Assembly (NCBI RefSeq): GCF_017744435.1
Contig: NZ_JAGIBG010000001.1
Coordinates: 163,556-227,555 of the forward strand
DNA length: 64,000 nucleotides
DNA from: Pseudomonas sp.
GTDB lineage: Bacteria > Pseudomonadota > Gammaproteobacteria > Pseudomonadales > Pseudomonadaceae
Direction of reading: 5' to 3'
Below the pieces are notes generated by a model that worked only from the letters and a program-made list of their open reading frames with translations, was not told the origin of the DNA and searched no databases. Positions within the stretch are counted from its first letter, which is position 1, and each line of letters begins with the position of its first letter. The position numbers and the translations under genes are program-made. Below, piece after piece: positions 60,629 through 64,000 of this stretch.

Positions 60629-61783
60629 ATGGATGCACTGAAGAAACAGTTTTTCCCGTTCACCCTCAACCCGCTGTCAAACGTCGTCAGCATCGCCGCC
60701 CTCGGCAGCGTCCCCGCCGCACTGAGGGCGTCCAACGACCTGCCCATCGATCAGCAACTGGCAGATGCCTTCAATGCCAACAACGATGTGATGGCCTACG
60801 TGCTCGGCATCACCAACACCCAACTGCCGACCATCACCCCTGCCCCCACCTGGTACAGCACGTTCCAGACTGCCTTCAGCAACGCCCAGATCCACGCCAA
60901 CGCCTGGTACGGGATTTCCGCGAACCTGGTGAGCATCCCCAACGCCATTGCCGGCTATGGCATTGCCTTCAACGTCAGCATGTCGACGATCAACTCGCTG
61001 ATCGCGGTGCTTCAAACCGACCCGGGCAATACCCAGGCCATCAACTCGCTCAAGCAGCAGTTCACCGGGCTGATTTCCCAGCTTCGCGCGTTCAGCCAAA
61101 GCGCCGTGTCGGTGCACCAGTCGATCACCGACTACTCCAACAACCTGATCCAGGACAGCCAGATACTCGCCAAGGCCGTCTCTGACTCCACCCAGCAGCA
61201 GGACGTCAACCGCGATCAGGTTCGGCAGTACCAGGCCAAGATCGAAGAGATGCGCAAGCAGATCAAGACCTGGCAAGTGGTGGAAACCGCCTCGGCCATC
61301 GGTGCTGGCGTCGCCTTCTTCGCCGGTGCCGTGATCGCGATCTTCAGCCTTGGCTTTGGCCTGGCTTTCGGCATCGTCGGTGCGGCTGCAGGGATTGCGA
61401 CCATGGTCGCCGCAGAGGTCAAGATCAAGCAGCTGCGCAGCGAGATCGCGGCCGATACGACGCGCATGAACGCAGTGACTCAGCAATCTGCCAGCCTGGC
61501 AGCATTGAATGATCAGCTGAGCAAGCTGATCCAGCTGTCCCAGGCTGCGGGTTCGCTGATCGGCCTGCTGTTGAAGGTGTGGGAGGAACTTGAGGGCGAA
61601 CTGAATACCGTCCTGACCGACCTCGGCAACTGCAAGGGCAATGTCGACAACCTCAACCTGCCCGAGCTGCAACGCAACCTGAACCTGGCCAACCAGGACT
61701 GGCAGACACTGGTCGGGCTGTGCAACAGCGTAGCGTCGATCAAGTACAACCAGGCCACGCCGGCCAAGGCCAATATCCAATAG
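60629..61783 (+). CDS. Putative alpha-helical pore-forming toxin (ClyA/Hbl/Nhe superfamily)
   Basis: 384 aa helical/coiled-coil protein; AQIHANAW motif like Hbl/Nhe HAxxW; long Gly/Ala-rich hydrophobic hairpin SAIGAGVAFFAGAVIAIFSLGFGLAFGIVGAAAGIATMVAA; SD aggagaag. Confidence 0.7.
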   Translation: MDALKKQFFPFTLNPLSNVVSIAALGSVPAALRASNDLPIDQQLADAFNANNDVMAYVLGITNTQLPTITPAPTWYSTFQTAFSNAQIHANAWYGISANLVSIPNAIAGYGIAFNVSMSTINSLIAVLQTDPGNTQAINSLKQQFTGLISQLRAFSQSAVSVHQSITDYSNNLIQDSQILAKAVSDSTQQQDVNRDQVRQYQAKIEEMRKQIKTWQVVETASAIGAGVAFFAGAVIAIFSLGFGLAFGIVGAAAGIATMVAAEVKIKQLRSEIAADTTRMNAVTQQSASLAALNDQLSKLIQLSQAAGSLIGLLLKVWEELEGELNTVLTDLGNCKGNVDNLNLPELQRNLNLANQDWQTLVGLCNSVASIKYNQATPAKANIQ

Positions 61784-61790
61784 CCCCCTT

Positions 61791-61822
61791 ACCCGCCCCT
61801 GCTGCCGGCAGCAGGGGCGGGT
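61791..61822. terminator. Perfect 32-bp palindrome between convergent genes
   Basis: ACCCGCCCCTGCTGCC|GGCAGCAGGGGCGGGT. Confidence 0.6.
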
Positions 61823-62712
61823 TACGTGGCCCCGGTGCGCTGGCCCACGCACAGCTCCATGAACCGCGCGGCCGCCCGCGACGGCGTGGCGGCATGGGGC
61901 AAGAGGATGGAAAAGCGCCGCACCAACGGTTCAGGCGCAATTCTCAGTTGTCGCAATACACCCTGCTCATGGCGGATCGACATGGCCGAGACAAAGCCAA
62001 TCCCCATCCCGGCCCGTACCGCCTCTTTCACCCCTTCCACGCCGGCGATCTCCAGCGCCACGCGCATGGCCACACCGTGCCGGGCAAATGCCCGCTCGAC
62101 GATCTGGCGCACCCCCGAACCACTTTCACGCAGCACCAACGGGTAAGCCCCCAACGCCTGCAAGCCCTGCTGCTCGGCACCTGCCAAGGGATGATCGCGC
62201 GGCACGATGGCCACGATCTCATCCTCGCGCCACGCCGTCACTTCGGTGCCCAGTGGCAGCTCCTGCCCTGGTGGGCCTTCGATGAGGGCGATATCGACGC
62301 TGTCCAGCGCTGCGACGATTTCCGCCGTGTTGCCGTGGGACGTGGTCACCAGCACCTCTGGATAGCGCCCATGGAAGTCGGCAATCAGGTACGGCAGCAG
62401 GTAGCTGGCCGGCGTGGTGCTGGCGCCAATGCGCAAGGTGCCGCGCTCCAGTCCGCGCATGGCCTCGCACAAGGCCTGGGCCTGGCGAAAGGTGTCCCGC
62501 AGGCGCTGGGCATGGGCCAGCAGTTGCTCGCCAGCCGCCGTCAGGCGCACGCCACGGCCGGCACGCTGGTACAGGGGCTCGCCAAAGGCCTCCTGCAGCA
62601 ACTTGAGCTGGCCGGACACCGCTGGCTGCGACAGATGCAGGGCCTGGGCCGCATGGCTGATGTTGCCGTGCTCGGCTACGGTGGCGAAGGTTATCAGCTG
62701 TTCTGGGGTCAT
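61822..62712 (-). CDS. LysR-family regulator (YeiE/CysL-like)
   Basis: EQLITFATVAEHGNISHAAQALHLSQPAVSGQL; GASTTPASYLLP; divergent from yeiH. Confidence 0.92.
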   Translation of the reverse strand: MTPEQLITFATVAEHGNISHAAQALHLSQPAVSGQLKLLQEAFGEPLYQRAGRGVRLTAAGEQLLAHAQRLRDTFRQAQALCEAMRGLERGTLRIGASTTPASYLLPYLIADFHGRYPEVLVTTSHGNTAEIVAALDSVDIALIEGPPGQELPLGTEVTAWREDEIVAIVPRDHPLAGAEQQGLQALGAYPLVLRESGSGVRQIVERAFARHGVAMRVALEIAGVEGVKEAVRAGMGIGFVSAMSIRHEQGVLRQLRIAPEPLVRRFSILLPHAATPSRAAARFMELCVGQRTGAT

Positions 62713-62823
62713 CTTTTGAAAATATCAGCTAAACGGATATTTGCCATCCTAAATTACGATTTTTTATAAGCTTATAACCAGATTAACGTAGGCCATGTCG
62801 AAACACTTTCCCGGAGGACTCAC

Positions 62824-63885
62824 ATGGCCACGGCAACTTCCAACCCCGCGCTTGCGCCCACCCTCTCCACCCGAGGGCGGCTCAACGGCATCCTGTTCGT
62901 CGCGCTGTTCGCGCTCGCCGTCACCCAGCTGGCGGCCCTGCCCGCCATCGCCAGCCTGGGCATCAGCCCGCTGATCGTCGGCATCGTCGCCGGTGCCCTG
63001 TACGGCAACGCCCTGCGCGATGGCGTGCCGGCCAGCTGGGCGGCCGGCATCAACTTCTCGGCCCGTGGGCTGCTGCGCATTGCCGTGGCCTTCTTCGGCC
63101 TGCGCGTGAGCCTGCAGGAGATCGCCGAAGTCGGCTGGTCCGGCTTGACCGTCTCGCTGCTGGTGGTGACCAGCACTTTGCTGATCGGCCTGTGGTGCGG
63201 CACCAAGCTGTTCAAGCTGGACCGCGACACCGCCCTGCTCACCGCAGCCGGCAGTGCGATCTGTGGCGCCGCCGCCGTGCTGGCCTTCGAATCGGCGCTG
63301 CGCAGCGCCCCGCACAAGAGCGCCATGGCAGTCGGCAGCGTGGTGCTGTTCGGTACCTTGTCGATGTTCCTCTACCCAGTGGCGATCAATGCCGGCTGGC
63401 TGCCCCTGGATACGATGGGAGCCGGCCTGTTCCTCGGCGGGACCATTCATGAAGTGGCGCAGGTGGTGGGCGCGGCCAGCAACGTCAGCCCCGAAGCTAC
63501 GCACATCGCCACCATCGTCAAGATGACCCGGGTGATGCTGCTGGTGCCGGTGCTGCTGGTGGTCGGCCTGTGGATCAGCCGTTCGCGCCAGCCCGGCCAG
63601 GCACAAGGTAATGGCCGCATCGCCATGCCCTGGTTCGCCTTCGGCTTCCTCGCCCTGGTGCTGGTGAACTCGCTGCAGGTGCTGCCAGGCAGCGTGACCC
63701 AGGCCATCAACAGCCTGGACACCTTCGCCCTGACCATGGCCATGACCGCGCTGGGCATGGAAACCCGCTGGAGCCAGATCCGCCAGGCCGGCCCCAAGGC
63801 GCTGATCACCGGGGCGATCCTCAACCTGTGGCTGGTGGGCGGCGGCATGGCGATCACCCTGGGTGTGCAACGCCTTTTAGGTTGA
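62824..63885 (+). CDS. yeiH: YeiH / putative sulfate-exporter-family membrane protein
   Basis: LLRIAVAFFG, GSAICGAAAV, TIHEVAQVV, IVKMTRV. Confidence 0.9.
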   Translation: MATATSNPALAPTLSTRGRLNGILFVALFALAVTQLAALPAIASLGISPLIVGIVAGALYGNALRDGVPASWAAGINFSARGLLRIAVAFFGLRVSLQEIAEVGWSGLTVSLLVVTSTLLIGLWCGTKLFKLDRDTALLTAAGSAICGAAAVLAFESALRSAPHKSAMAVGSVVLFGTLSMFLYPVAINAGWLPLDTMGAGLFLGGTIHEVAQVVGAASNVSPEATHIATIVKMTRVMLLVPVLLVVGLWISRSRQPGQAQGNGRIAMPWFAFGFLALVLVNSLQVLPGSVTQAINSLDTFALTMAMTALGMETRWSQIRQAGPKALITGAILNLWLVGGGMAITLGVQRLLG

Positions 63886-63948
63886 CGTGCAGGGATCGGT
63901 ATGGTGTTGTCTTGCAAGGATGTTTTTACCTGCACAGGAACGACTTAG

Positions 63949-64000
63949 ATGCCTCAACGCCATGTCATCAATGCATCCGTCAGCCCCAAGGGCAGCCTGG
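63949..64000 (+). CDS. ppnN: Start of a LOG-family nucleotide 5'-monophosphate nucleosidase (partial)
   Basis: MPQRHVINASVSPKGSL matches the remembered N-terminus of Pseudomonas PpnN/YgdH; only 17 codons visible. Confidence 0.6.
   Translation, partial: MPQRHVINASVSPKGSL

Overview
High-GC chromosomal segment of a Pseudomonas putida-group bacterium. It carries about 13 P. putida-type REP elements, mostly doublets, and pobA/pobR, mvaB and the sRNA crcY. No rRNA, tRNA, CRISPR, transposase or integrase is visible. Left part: LysR (partial), ggt, a secreted ankyrin protein, pobAR, liuR-mvaB-crcY with a complete sigma54/IHF/CbrB promoter, MgtC, CcoG, MocR, two tandem hybrid kinases, an SDR, a ~220-bp palindromic element with hexamer tails, TetR, OprD, an SH3 protein, LysR/SDR/tautomerase and LysR/argC/GNAT. 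Middle: an RclR-like AraC divergent from an AhpD-like/acyl-CoA-dehydrogenase-like/ABC operon, an RsrR-like Rrf2 regulator with two visible operators facing an NDH-2-like flavoprotein, and an MCP. Right part (most interesting): (i) a GntR-controlled cluster resembling the trigonelline (tgn) N-methylpyridinium ring-cleavage genes, with duplicated promoters, followed by a paralogous NCS1 permease and glnT-glxBCD (gmaS-mgsABC-like methylamine assimilation), both behind sigma54 promoters; (ii) a lower-GC stand-alone RHS-core gene bracketed by a direct repeat of the nrtR 3' end, a signature of insertion into a protein gene, with a PPxY motif in its tail; (iii) nrtR-pncA-pncB NAD salvage genes followed by an orphan ClyA/Hbl/Nhe-like alpha pore-forming toxin. 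The window ends in LysR-yeiH and the start of ppnN. All family assignments come from motifs read by eye and remembered sequences; no searches were run.
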